A stretch of DNA of 64,000 bases, taken from assembly GCF_036321535.1 (NCBI RefSeq), contig NC_087438.1, positions 5,830,001 to 5,894,000 on the forward strand, written 5' to 3'. Of this stretch, positions 13,376 to 26,439 are shown one piece after another. The notes under the pieces were generated by a model. It had not been told where the DNA came from. It did no database searches and saw nothing but the letters and a program-made list of their open reading frames with translations. The number at the start of each line of letters is the position of its first letter. Positions within the stretch are counted from its first letter, which is position 1. Both the position numbers and the translations under genes were made by a program. This DNA comes from Camelus dromedarius (Eukaryota).

Positions 13376-14540
13376 TACAATACTAAAGGCATAATTCATG
13401 AAAGAAATTATTGATAAGCTGAAGCTCATTAAAATTAAAAACTTTTGCTCTGTAAAGCTAATGTTAAGAAAATGAGAAGACAAGCCAGGAGAAAATATTA
13501 GACAAAGACACATCTGATAAAGGACTGTTATCTAAAATACACAAAGAATTCTTAAAACTCAACAATAAGAAAACAATCTGATTTTAAAATGAGGAAAAAA
13601 GACTTGAACAGACACCTCTCAAATGAAGATATACAGATGGCAAGATATACAGATATACACAGATATGTCATTAGGAAATTGCAAATTAAAACAATGAGAT
13701 GCCACTACACAGCTATTAGAATGGACAAAATCCAAAACACCAACAACACTAACTGTTGCTGAGGATATGAAGCAACAGGAAGTCTCATACTTTGCCAGTG
13801 GGAATGTACTCTGAAAGATAGTTTTGTCATTAAACGTCATTTGACCATACGATCCAGCAATTACAATCTCTGCTATTTTCCCAAATAAACTGAAAACTTA
13901 TATACACATAAAAAATACACACATATGCTTATAGCAATTTTATTCATAATTTCCAGAACTTAGAAGCAACCAAGATGTCCTTCAGTAGGTGAATGGATAA
14001 ATAAACTGTGGTGCATCCAGACAATAGAATATTATTCAATGCTAAAAAGAAATGTGCTATTAAACCAGTAAAAGACATGGGGGAACCTTAAATGAATATC
14101 ACTAAGTGAAAGAAGCCAATCTGAAAAGGCTACATCCTGTATGATTCTAACTCTATGACAGTCTCAGGAAGGCAAAGCTACAATGACACTACGAAGATTA
14201 GTGGTTGCCGGGGGTTGTGGAAGGGGAAGATGAACAGGCAGAGCACAGAGGATTTTCAGGGCAGTGAAAATACTCTGTGTGATACTATAAAGAATGTCTG
14301 TCATTACACATTTGTCCAAACCCACAGAATGGACACCAAGTGAACCTTGATTTGCACTATGGACTTTGGGTGATGTACCAGTGTAGGTTCATGGATTGTA
14401 ACAAATGTACCGCGCTGGTGCGGAATGTTGACAGTGAGGGAGGCCATGCATTTGTGTGGGGAAGGGCCATGTGGGACTGTCTGTACTTAACTTTGCTGTG
14501 AATCTAAAACTGCTCTAAATAATAAAATCTACCTTTAAAA
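13376..14540 (+). mobile_element. L1MC1-like LINE-1 3' end (end of ORF2 plus 3'UTR)
   Basis: gaagcaaccaagatgtccttcagtaggtgaatggataaataaactgtgg and a 3'UTR tgtaacaaatgtacc...aaaactgctctaaa ending in A-rich sequence. Confidence 0.9.
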
Positions 14541-16239
14541 TAAGCAAATTGCATAAGTTCATAAATTACAAACTTCAGTCCTCACAAAATCTAACTCAGT
14601 CCCTGATTACTAGACGACAAACACTAAGACAGCACATGTTTCATAATTTACCAGGTGAGTTAACAAGTCAGTGTTCGGCCTTCTAGTGCATGTCAAGTAG
14701 TCCTGCAGCCACCCACCCTAAGCCCCAGGGCTTTGGTATTTGTTACCTTGTGATGTTGTTGGTACAAGCCCTTCTCATTCAGTGGCCCTATTATAATATG
14801 CTAATGTTATCATAATTAGTATTTTGATGTATCTAATTTCAATTTTTTCTTTCAACTTTTAGTAGTTGTAATGATGGCATACCTATAATGCTGTCTTGTT
14901 TTCTTCAATTAATGTTATATCATGAGTATTTCTTCATAATCATCATTTAATGGCATCAAAATAATCTGCTGTGTGAATGTGCATTATTTAATTAATAATT
15001 GTCTTGCTACTGAAAACTCAAGTTGGGAGCACTAGTTATTACTCAGTTATAACTTTTAAAAAGTTCAATGGAAATATAAGACAATAGATTAATTTTGAGT
15101 TTACTCCAGAAACTGACTTTAACAATAAATGTATTTTAGGGTAAAGTCAATTCTAAGTTAACGACAAGGCCCTTTAGATATTAAGAAACTTTTATTTATG
15201 CCATAATTTCACATTAAACTTTCAGCCCCTCTAAAGCAGGGTCAGAGCTGCCTCCTCCATCACCATACACCCAGGACCTGGCTTGATGCTTGGAACATAT
15301 TAAGTTAAATAAAAAAGTCAAACATGATGAATGAATTCACTAAAGAAAGGTCACAATCTTTAGAGACTAAACCAAAGCCAATGCAAATAAATACTTAAGA
15401 TATTGAGATGTTAAAATTATTAAATTCATTTTGAAGGAAGAAGGTATATTTTGTAAAGTGGGTGCATGTCAAAATACCCTCCTGACTGTTTATGGGATTC
15501 CTGCTGAATGACTAACGCTGTGTTACTCAGGCAGTGAGAGACCTGGTGGAGACCCTGCCTTTCTCTCTATACATGTACGTTTCTCCCATTATGCGGATGC
15601 TGTCTTCAGAGAATGTTTAATTAATAAAAGCACCAACTTATTAACTCTACCTTTTAAAACTTTGCCCTTTCAAGCAATAATTGCTCTGCAGTTACCTAAT
15701 TTCCATACTAAGTTCCTTAACGAAATGTTAATCTTGTGGTCTAAATGACATTATTAGAGGCTAACTGAATTAATGGGGTCCAGATACACGCAAATGCAGG
15801 AAAAATAAATTTTTTAATGGTGCCACTTTTTCCTACCAAATTTACAAAGGAAGATTTCAACTGTGTGAACCAGGAAGGCCAGGTTCTTCACACACTCCCT
15901 GATTTTCTTCTCTCCCCAACTAGTTAATGAATCCAGTGAGCCAGGTGATGAGTGAAGAGTTATGCTTACCTAAATTATTTAACCCCTACACTGCTCTGTG
16001 AGGTAAGTAAACCAATTTTATATATGACAAAACTGAAGCATCAAGAAGTTGTCATGGCTACAGACTTGCACAGCCCCACACACCATTTTATTCAGTTCTC
16101 AGAGTATGAGGAAGGAAAATAGGTGAACAGAGGCTCGGGGAGTATGTAGATTAACTGAACGTACAAGGCCTGTGACGGACAGGGCTAGAAATTACACAGG
16201 CCCACCTGCCCACATAGCCCGTACCTGTGAAAATCATTT

Positions 16240-16880
16240 ACAAAATACTCAATCCAAAATAAGGCAGACAATGAGAAAACAGGGAGCAAACAATAGATGT
16301 AGCAAATAGAAAACAAAACATAGTATGGTAGATTAAACATAATCAGATCAGTAATCACATTAAAATAAATGGTTTAAACACACCAGGTAGAAAGGCATAA
16401 ATTGCTAGGGTTGGATTAAAAAGCAATACTCAAATATAAGCTGTTTACAAAAAGAAAAACCAAAAACCTCACAACTCACTTTAAATATAAAGGCAGCAAT
16501 AGATTAAACTAAAGTGATCAATAAAAGGTACACAAGCTAACACTAATGAAAAGATTATTGCAGTGGCTCAGTTAATACCACATTTCAAGGTAAAACTGTG
16601 TGATTCCATTCATATGAAATGCAAACTAATCTAAAGTGTCAGAAAGCTGATTAGTAGCTGTCTGGGTGCAGAGTTGGATGGATGGGTGACAGAGGTAGAA
16701 AGGGAGGGAGGAAAGAGTTGCAGTTGAGGATTTGAAATAAGGAAACAGTCATTGTCATGATGGAGTTGATGGTTTCCCAGTGCATACCTGTGTCAAAACA
16801 TACCGAACTGTCCACTTTATACAGAAGCAGTTTTCAGCATGGCTGTTATACCCCAATAAAACTACTTCAAAAAATGTGAA
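16240..16880 (+). mobile_element. Old L1M remnant: start of ORF2 joined to a 3'UTR piece
   Basis: atcagtaatcacattaaaataaatggtttaaacacacca resembles the ORF2 endonuclease start. It is followed from ~16597 by tgtgtgattccattcatatgaaa...ataccccaataaa (L1M 3'UTR). Confidence 0.7.
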
Positions 16881-17259
16881 TGTGAAAAACCAGCCTATCA
16901 AGTTTAGGGATATACAGTTACATAACAAACCAATGATGAAAAGTAAAGAAGTGAGAATGTTTGATTCAGAATAATTCATTGTTACATGTTTTTAAGTGCA
17001 GTTCTCTGCATTTCTGTAATATTTTACAATAGAAAATTTAAAATTAAAAAAAGAAAACCATGCTACACTCAATCTTTCAATTCACTCCACACAAGAACAT
17101 GTGATTATGAGGCAAAAACTTGATATAAAAAAGTTACAACTTTTATGATTATTACACATAAAGTGCAATACATCAGTGAACTACATCTCTTAATAAGATG
17201 AGTAGGGCTCCCTCATTCATGTATGTAGGAATACTAGTCTACTTTTTTGTTTCAAATGT

Positions 17260-18018
17260 TCTTTTTAATTTTTATTACTTTAATTTTTTGGAGCAGTTTT
17301 AGGTTTACAGCAAGATTGAGAGGAAGGTGCAGAAATTTCCCACATACCCACTGTCCCCACACATGCATAGCCTCCCCAGTCATCAACATCTCTCACCAGA
17401 GTGGTTCATTTGTTACAGTTCATCAACCTACACTGACGTATCATAATCACCCAGAGTTTATGGTATACCTTAAGAGTCACTCTTGGTGTCGCATTCTGTA
17501 GGTTTGGACAAATGTAAAATGACATACGTTCATCATTCTGGTATCATACAGAGTATTTTCACTGCCCTAAAATGCCTTATGTTCCACCTATTCATCCCTC
17601 CCTGCTCCCAGTCCCTAATCTTTTTAATTTCTCCATAGCTTTCCCTTTTCCAGAATGTCATGTGCCTGAAAATCATACGGTAGTTAGCCTTTTTAGACTG
17701 GTGTTTTTTCATTTAGTAACATGCATTTAAGATTCCTCCACATCTTTTCATGGCTAACAGCCCATTTCTTTTTGGTACTGAATCATATTCATTGCCTGGA
17801 TATACCACACAGTTGATTTATCCATTCACCTACTGAAGGATATATCAGTTGCTTCCAGGTTTTGCAATTATGAATAAAGCTAACATATAAACATCAGTGT
17901 TCAGGCTTTTGAATGAACATAAGTTTTCAACTCAGGGTAAACACCAAGGGACACAACTGCTGTATCATATGGTAAGAGTATGTTTAAGTTTTGTAAGAAA
18001 CCACCAAACTATTTTCAG
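17260..18018 (-). mobile_element. L1MC1/2-like LINE-1 3' end
   Basis: gagcagttttaggtttacagcaa...gagtattttcactgccctaaaa is the reverse complement of the same 3'UTR type seen at 14.2-14.5 kb. Confidence 0.88.
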
Positions 18019-19036
18019 AGCTTGGTTTTTTAAAAAATGTCATATCCAGTCAAATCATCTGTATTTTTAAGCTTATCACCCTCCAATACATTATAAAATC
18101 TAAAATGTTCTCCTAAAGTATAATACCTACTATTTTAAATGAAGCAGTAAGGAAAAGTGCTCAGAAATAAACACAAATATCACAAATAAAGTAATAGTTT
18201 CAGAAAACAAGGAAGAAACACTGCCTAAAAGACAAAGGCACTGTCACCAGACTCATGCTGAAACCATTAAAGGGCTTCACTGCGTGTTTACCTGTGATAA
18301 GAGAGCTCTCCTGGGCATAAATCATCAGACTGTGGGTCTAAACAATTTACAATATTGATTTTTGCTGGTGAATAATGAAGTCACGGAAGATCAGGAGCAA
18401 GTCTGATGGTGCCTAGGAAATGCGGAGGTAGAATTGGATTACCGTAATAACAGAGACAGCCATTTCAGCTCAGTGATCTCAGCCATTAGGAAAATGATCA
18501 AAGGGAAAAGCAAAGGTCGTCAATAAAGATGGCTTACAGGGGTACCGTCTTCACATCATCACGTGAAGTAGCAGTAAATTCAATTTTGAAAGTGACTGCT
18601 GGGGAAGAAATATTTGCACAAGTCTTATCAAAAAATGGAGTGCAAACTGAAAATGACATGAAGAAATTCCCCCAAAGGATTCCAGCCACAAGCAATGACA
18701 TGTGAAACACCGAAACTTGCTCCGCAACCTCCGCCCCGCAGGGAAATATGTGCATGTCCTACATCGAATGAGTTACTAAGCACCCTATGGGAAGAGTAGC
18801 TGGGAAAAAAATGTGCTTTTCAGCAGGAAATAAAAAAGAGTATTTGGGTTTAAATGAAATGATGTTCTTAGGGCAGGGTGTAGGAGTAAATAAAGCTGAC
18901 AGGAAAATTCCTAATGCATTTCATGGGAGCAAAGTGACTTGCACGTGGGACCTGAGGAAGCAGCAACAATGACTGAAGTCCCCACAAAACTTTCAGGCAC
19001 TAATGACTGGGGTGGGAGCTGCCAGGTTCTCTAGAC

Positions 19037-19345
19037 CAGCGCTACCCAGTGGAAACATTAAAATACACATAAGTAGTTCTGAATTTTCCAGTAGCCATTA
19101 AGAAAAATAAAAAATAAATAGGTGAAATTAATTTTAATTCTAAATTTTATTTAACCCAATGTATAACAAAACAGCATTTGAACATATGATTATGAAAAAA
19201 TAAGTAATGAGATAGTTCTTTCTTTCTTACTATCTATGAAATCTGATGTACTTTGTACTTTAACAGAGCATCTCAGTTCAAATTAGCCACATTTCTAGTG
19301 CTCGATAGCCTTGTGACCAGTGCCTATGGTTTTAGTCAATGAAGA
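19037..19345. mobile_element. MER33/MER3-type hAT-Charlie element
   Basis: cagcgct...aggtgaaattaatttta...tagccacatttctagtgctc. The left flank ctctagac fits the NTCTAGAN target preference. Confidence 0.8.
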
Positions 19346-19811
19346 CCTAGCCTTGGGGATGTACAGAGGTGTCTCAATGCTGCCCTGGAAAACTGGGCAC
19401 TCGCCTCCCAACCAAACAATTGAAGTATATACAAGCTACAAGACAAGTTTCATTTGACTTCATTTGACTTCATTTCACATATTGAAACTTGTCATAAGAT
19501 TTCCCTTGAACAAAAGGTTCCAGCTCCATAAATGTTTGATCATCCCTGCACCAGAGCTCCTATTGCAGGTAAGATGATGTGGTCCTCAAAGGTTAACTAA
19601 TGGATTGCATTTACCCGGTCAGTGAGTGCAGCTGGCCATCTGGCATCACCTAATGTCAATTTGCTCAAAGGCAAGTGACAGATGTCCTGTGAGAGTGAAT
19701 GCAATTATTGTCGGGTCATTGTAGAAACTTTGGGATTGCCGCAAAGCAATCATAACCATTAGAGAAGGTTCTTTGTTTCTGTCTTTGTTTGCTTTGCAGA
19801 GTTTGATTCTT

Positions 19812-20177
19812 TTTTTTTTTTTTTTAACATTTTTTATTGAGTTATAGTCATTTTATAATGTTGTGTCAAATTCCAGTGTAGAGTACAATTTTTCAGTTAT
19901 ATATGAACATATATATATTCATTGTCATATTTTTTTTCGCTGGGAGCTACCATAAGATCTTGTATATATTTCCCTGTGCTATACAGTATAATCTTGTTTA
20001 TCTATTCTACATTTTGAAATCCCAGCCTGTCCCTTCCCACCCCCCGCCCCCTTGGCAACCACAAGTTTGTATTCTATGTCTATGAGTCTGTTTCTGTTTT
20101 GTATTTATGTTTTGTTTTGGTTTTTTTTAGATTCCATATATGAGCGATCTCATATGGTATTTTTCTTTCTCTTTCTG
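19812..20177 (-). mobile_element. Young 5'-truncated camelid-type LINE-1 (3'UTR plus polyA) with 13-bp TSD
   Basis: Poly-T head followed by aacattttttattgagttatagtcatt...ccccttggcaaccacaagtttgtattc. GAGTTTGATTCTT is repeated exactly at 19799-19811 and 20178-20190. Confidence 0.92.
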
Positions 20178-20299
20178 GAGTTTGATTCTTAACTATAGGT
20201 CAAGCTAGTCCCTACTTTTCTTTGAAGTGTAGCTTCTATTTCGCAGTTTTTGAAATTAAAAAAAAAAAAAAGGCCAACCTTCCAAACCTATTTGCTTTC

Positions 20300-21025
20300 A
20301 TTTATTTTAGAAATTTCTTATTTCAAAACACTATACATTTACAAAAAGCTGCAAAGAGAGTGTAAGAGTACCCTTCACCTAGTTTCCCTCCAATGGTTAC
20401 TTGTTACATAATTTTAGTACAATATAAAATCCAAGATCCCATTGATACAATGTGTGTGCGTAGTTCTATACAATTACTGTCATTTGTGTAGTTTTATGTA
20501 ACTGTTACCAAGACACAGAATCATTCTATCACCACAAATATTTCCTTTGTGTCACCTTCCTCTCTTCCACCATCCCTAATTGATGGTAACCACTAATCTA
20601 TTTTCCAACTTGGTAAGTTTGTCATTTTGAGAATGCTTTATAAATGGACTCATACAGCATGGAACCTTTTGTGCTTGGCCTTTCCACTCAGCATGATGCC
20701 CTGGTCATCCATGCAAGCTGTTCCCGTATTAATGGTTCATTACTGTATGTTGCTGATTGGTATTCCCTGGGATGGAGGTGCCGAGGTTTGCTCAGTCATT
20801 CACCTATGGTGGGGCATTTACTGTTGTTTTCAGCTTTTGGCTATTACAAATTAAACTGCTATGAACAGTCATGTACATGTTTTATGTGGACATGTCTTCA
20901 TTTCTCTGGGATACAGGCCCAAGAGTGAAACAGCTGGGCTGTGTTTAGTTTAGTTAGAAACGGCCAAATTATTATCTAGAGTGACTATCCAATTTTATAT
21001 TCCCACCACCAGTGCATGAGAGATC
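20300..21025 (-). mobile_element. L1MC/L1MD 3' end
   Basis: ggtaaccactaatcta...gtcattttgagaatgctttataaatgga...ttttggctattacaaa...ttatattcccaccacc. Confidence 0.8.
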
Positions 21026-23854
21026 AAAAATTTTTGACTTTTTTTCTCTTTTTATTTCTCCTTTTACTTTTGTTGTAGTTTAAGGGAACATTTTAGCTTT
21101 CTGTGTACTGAATACTGTGCAGAAATTGTACCTACTTTTGAATAAACAGCCCCTCTAACAATGGCTATTTTTAGCAAGGCAGAGATTCATTGTGGAGACT
21201 GAGACTGCTAACTCAGAAAGCTAAATTACTTTATTTCAGATTGTGTAGGGCCTGGATAGGGATTACGTGTGTCTCCGTTTGATTCCGCTCTGCTGTATCC
21301 GAGAGACACTTTAAGCATTTGTCTCATGGACCCAGAGTTACTACAGAGTAAAAGGAAACCTTTTGTATTTGCATCTGTTATCTTTCCAAGCATTATCAGT
21401 CAGATAATGATGAAATATACTCTTCTACTCACTAGGTAGCATGTTGCCATAGCAACAGATCATTCTACAAAGTTCATCAATTCAGCTGGTCATTACTCCA
21501 AAGTAATAGACAGCTAATATGTTTTGAAAGTTTTTCTCTTAAGTTATAACTGAACAAATGAATTCAACTTGTCTTGGCAGCGGGAGCTCAACAACACATT
21601 TATATAGTAAAGGGGAATTAAAAGAAGAAAATGGACCTTCTTGGCTAGTGTATGCACAAAAAGGAGATTTTAGTTAACTCTGTTCATCACATTCAACTAA
21701 TGGCTTATTTTTTTCTCAAAAAGGATAAGTTAGCCAGCTTAAACATCCTAGTCATAAATTATATGCAACATTCTTTTATCCCAAAGTATTAATTTAAACC
21801 ATATTCCTGTATCCTCACCCTCGGCATATACGTACCAGGGAGTCAGGTGCTGGGGGGCGCAGCCGTCTTTATTTCCTGGGATCTCACTGGCATCTTCAGC
21901 AGTGCCTGACACACAGCACATGCTCAAGCAGAGCACAAGAGCACATGCGTGGTTCTGTGTGTGGACTCTGTGTGTTAGACTCCTGTCTCCAGGTCATGCT
22001 CATCTCTGGGTCTCCCTCACCCGGGGGCTCAGCTCACAGGCTGGGGCCTTGCAGTGAGCTTAGCTACACAGGAGGCTTGGACAGTGCCTGGCAGGCAGGG
22101 ATCATTATGTAAGAATTCGATATTATTATTTCATCACTAATTTTAGTTTATACATTATAAGCCCTACTCAAGTTCTGTCTAAAATGAGCAAGCCCCCTGC
22201 CTCTGTCAGTACTGGCCACAAATAAAGCAGAGGGGGAGATGACGGCTCTATTACAACCACCACTACTGCCTCATTGAAAAACAAAATGAAACAAAACACT
22301 CCTTTAAGTACTCTAAATCATAAGCTGATAGCTTAAAAGAAATTTGCCACTACATTTCCTGTGAATGGAAACCAAATTGTATTTAAAACAAGAGTGCAAT
22401 CAACGGAGTCCTCTGGGTATCCTTTCTAAGCCTCATCTAGGCCTGTGGCTTAGATGTAACTCCAACCAGACTGAAAATCATTCTGCTAAGGAGGCAATTC
22501 AAGGTTCTGAAGGGAAATTACTTGCCTTAGATTTATTGTACCTAAATTACAAAGCAGCCGCCCCATTGGCAAAGTTGGCAGCCCTTCTCTGACAGTTACC
22601 AGGCAGGAACACAGAGTCTAAATTACCTTCTCACCCCAGTGGTGAAATTTATACTGTGTCTGGTCCCATTAGTGTGAGCTGGAGTGGTTGAGAAAAATCT
22701 GTGTGAAGCACTTTTACACTACATTAATTTAAAAGGAAAAAAGGGAGCTGTCTACTCAATGGAATAAGAAAATTAATTTGTCATTTTTCTGAAATGCTAT
22801 ATTATACTAATTATGAACTAGTGGCTGAGATTCCAAGCTATTTGGTAGCTTGACTTTTCACGTTTTTTTTCAGGTATGATCTCATTCACTCCTATGGTTT
22901 CAAAGCCAATCTGAGGTCTCTGTTACTGAGTGAAACCTTTCCCTCTGGCTTCAGAGAAGGATTTCCAACCAACTTTCAGACCTACCACCTGTCACTGGAA
23001 CTCATCATATCCAAAACTGAGCCCAGTACCTCTCCTCAGCCCAAATCTGTCCACGCAGCAGAACTCCTGAATTCATTTGTTAGAATAAAATTCTCATCCT
23101 GACCCATCTTACCTTTCAGCTTCATATACCTCTCCACTCACAACTCTAGCTAACTTAAATTTCTCATCCTTTCCAGAGCATCCCATGCATTTCTAGAGTT
23201 ACGTTTTGCACAGTTTGCACCTTCTCCGAGGAAGATCCTTCCAAACCTTCTCCACCAGGAAACCATCCCCATATCTTCTAAGAGCCAGCCCCCATGCCTC
23301 TCCACTGTGGGTGTTCCTGACTCTCCCAGGGCAGTTCAGTGTTCCCAGATCTCTGGGCTCACTGGAGGTTATTCTTTCTTCAGCTAAAATAGTGCATTGT
23401 GTCAGACTGTAGGGAAAGTGTTTGTCTTTGGTTATATGGTGTGGGCTTCCCTGGAGGTCAAGCACTGAGTCTTATTCTCATTCATGATTCCTTTATTTTT
23501 TCAGCACATGGCAGACTATCAGTGAAGGTTTACTGAATTAATACATGAAGATTTCAAAATTCTAAAAGTATGCCTCAGAAGTCAATCGTTAAGCTCAGGC
23601 CAGAATATTTATCTTTCAATCTTCCTGGTTATTACTAAGGAATAGCACAAGAATAATCACATTAAAATTCCATCACTTATTTTTGACAACTTGAGGTGTC
23701 CAGGGTACACAAGTTGCCCATAAATTTCTGTATACCCTTCTTAGTGCCCATTCAACTGAAAGTTACCAGAGAGGTGAAAATCTGAAGTGAGGTGGATATG
23801 GGAGAAGAAATTTGAAAACAATAGACATGATGGGAGATCTATACTAAGCAGACT

Positions 23855-24035
23855 AGTTCTCAATGTTTAATGACTGTAATGGTTACTCAGGGAAATTGCT
23901 AAAATAGAAATTTCAAGTCCAACCTCTGAGACTGGGATTCAGGAGCTTTGCTCTGGGTCTTGGGGAACAACATCATGAACACAAATTCTAGGTGAATCTA
24001 ACACAAATGGTCTAGGATAGTTCTTTGACCAACAA
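23855..24035. mobile_element. MER5-like hAT fragment
   Basis: tagttctcaa...ctaggtgaatcta...tttgaccaaca has a MER5A/B-like layout, but is strongly diverged. Confidence 0.55.
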
Positions 24036-26439
24036 TTAGAGGTTATTGATTTTAGTACACATTATCAAAGATGCTAATAAGGTCGGTGATGAAGAAGTTT
24101 TGAGACATGTTGACCATCTGTCATTTTATTAAACCCTAGGAGCTACTTTATGAAAAGTGCTTATCACAGTTCCTAGACTACAGGAAGCACTTATTGTGCT
24201 TAAGTCATTCCCATGATGCTGGTGAGAAGGAGGAGGATTTCATGGCCAAACGCTGGAGAAAAGATTGGATCACAGATCACCAGAGAAGATGTCAAAGGCT
24301 AGGCACTAAAACTGGGTGAGAGGTCAGAGCTCAGCCAGGGCAAGATGAGCTGGCACTGGGCCCAAGCCCTCATGTTCCTGGAACACTCGGTGCTCAAGGC
24401 AGGAAGGCCCCAGAATCTGAGGGTCCAAAGGTACAGGTTAAGGGACCCTAGCTTTGAAAGTCAGAGGGTCTTGAAGCCAAGCTGCAGGTGAATCATCACA
24501 GGTCAGCAGTTCAATAAATACCAGGACAACAGGCTTTTATCGATTCAAGGCTTCCCACAAATATTTTTTAAAAGCCAATACTGTGTAATCAACACATTTT
24601 TAACTGAAAGGAGAAAACTGTAGTTTAACTCAAAGAGCAGTAGCTCACTGTGAAGATTGCTTTAAGGATCTAGTTTACCGAAGACAAGCCAAGGCCTCCG
24701 TGGTTGGCTTTCTTTTTTTTCACTTTAAGCCAGTGTTCCTTTGCTATGGTCGTCAGACTTTAAAATTAATTAAATGTTCATATCAGTGAGTCTCAAAACG
24801 AAGCTCTAAATCTCACTAATTAAGGTTAGGGAATACTCATAACACTCAGGATCATAGTTTCTTCTCCAAAGTTCTAGAAAGATATTTAAGCATTCAAATA
24901 ATTAATTATTAGAGATTTTAACATTGACAAAATTACATGAAAAATATTGTACATAAAAGCCTTTAAACTTATTTGTGAGATAAGTTAAACCAACTTTTAC
25001 TGGGCTCAAATCAGCATTAAAGTGCCTCTTATCGATTATAGGCAAGACTCAGTATCTTATCCTCAAAATGTAGAAATGTTTACACATATTTTCTGGTTCA
25101 AGAAAGAAACCTACTTTCTTACCTCAATTTCCTTTTCCTCTTTCTCAATTTTAGTTCTGAATGTATTTAATTAGTTTTATTATATTCTTCTGGGGCTCAG
25201 GATTTGGATTCAAAGCAAGTAATTAGGACTATTATCTGAACATTGTTTTAATTTTAAAATTGTCCCCAAATGTTAAGCATATTTTAGGTTTAGCAGGCTT
25301 CAGAGATCAAAAGTGTGCACTGAACGCACTTAAATATCAAGTTTTTTTCCCCTACCATGGGTTAGCTGAAATAATGCCAGTGATGATGACAATGATGGAT
25401 GAGAGATGGATGAACAACCCCTTTCTACCCATCCCGACTATCCAGCAATTATTTAGCACTTACGAGGGTTGGCCAACATGGAAAAATGAAAAATACTTTT
25501 TCTTCATATTGATTTTTATTTGGTCTCCAAGGATAAGTTCCTTCATAATTATAATGTCAGGTATTCTTATTTTCAGGTAGTTGGTTAAGTAAAGACTGCA
25601 TTGATTTCCCATAAACGTCTCATTAGCAAAGTTCATGCCCTCAGCTTCTCTGAGGAGGTACTTACTTAATCTAAAGGGTAAATCTGAGAGAATCATATAT
25701 GAACAGTGCTTCTCATTGCACAGCTGCTCTCAGAGACATTAGCTGTACCCATCCTAAGCATTCTACTAATCTGCTAATAATGTTTGTGACAATTAAGGAT
25801 TATCCAATAAGATCCTCAGCAATGCCTTTTAGTAAGGATAAATTCATTTAAAAATAATAAGATAGAAATTGTGTAAAATATATTTTGGCTAATAATTACA
25901 TGGTTCCAAAAAGAATAAAAGTATTATAAACCAACTTTAAAAATGGTCGGTTTATTATATTACTGTGGATTATTCTGCTCCAATTTTTTTTTAACTGAGA
26001 AGAAAGAAAGATAGGAAGGAAGAAAGAAAAAGAGAAAGAAAAAAAGGAGAAAGGGAGGAAGAAAAAAGGGGGGAAGGGAAAATATATGAATTCTTATGAT
26101 GATATATATCCAAGATAAAAATACTGTTTTCCACATGCCCAGGAAAGGTTTAGTTTTAGATTTGGCCACTGTTAATCACTGCACCACTATAAAGCTGTTT
26201 TTCCAAATCACACTTTACTGTAGGCATCCTAGTGGAAAGGAAACTGCAAATGTATTAACTAATCCTTGATGATTTGAAGAAGACTCACTTATTCTAGCAA
26301 ATTTCAAGTGGGAACAATAACATTAATAGTTACACATCACTCTTCCATTCCTGGGTCTATCAAATCTCTTTCTTTTGTTATTTAAGGGAATCCTCAACTC
26401 CCATCTCCTCCATGTAGGTTTATTTAGAAAGAAATGATA

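Noticed and set aside
14640..14662. Plus-strand ccag/gtgagt splice-like site
   Set aside because: An isolated motif with a weak pyrimidine tract, on the strand opposite to the inferred transcription. Expected by chance in 64 kb.
25113..25300. Minus-strand donor GAG/GTAAGA near 25122
   Set aside because: No convincing upstream acceptor or exon-like composition.
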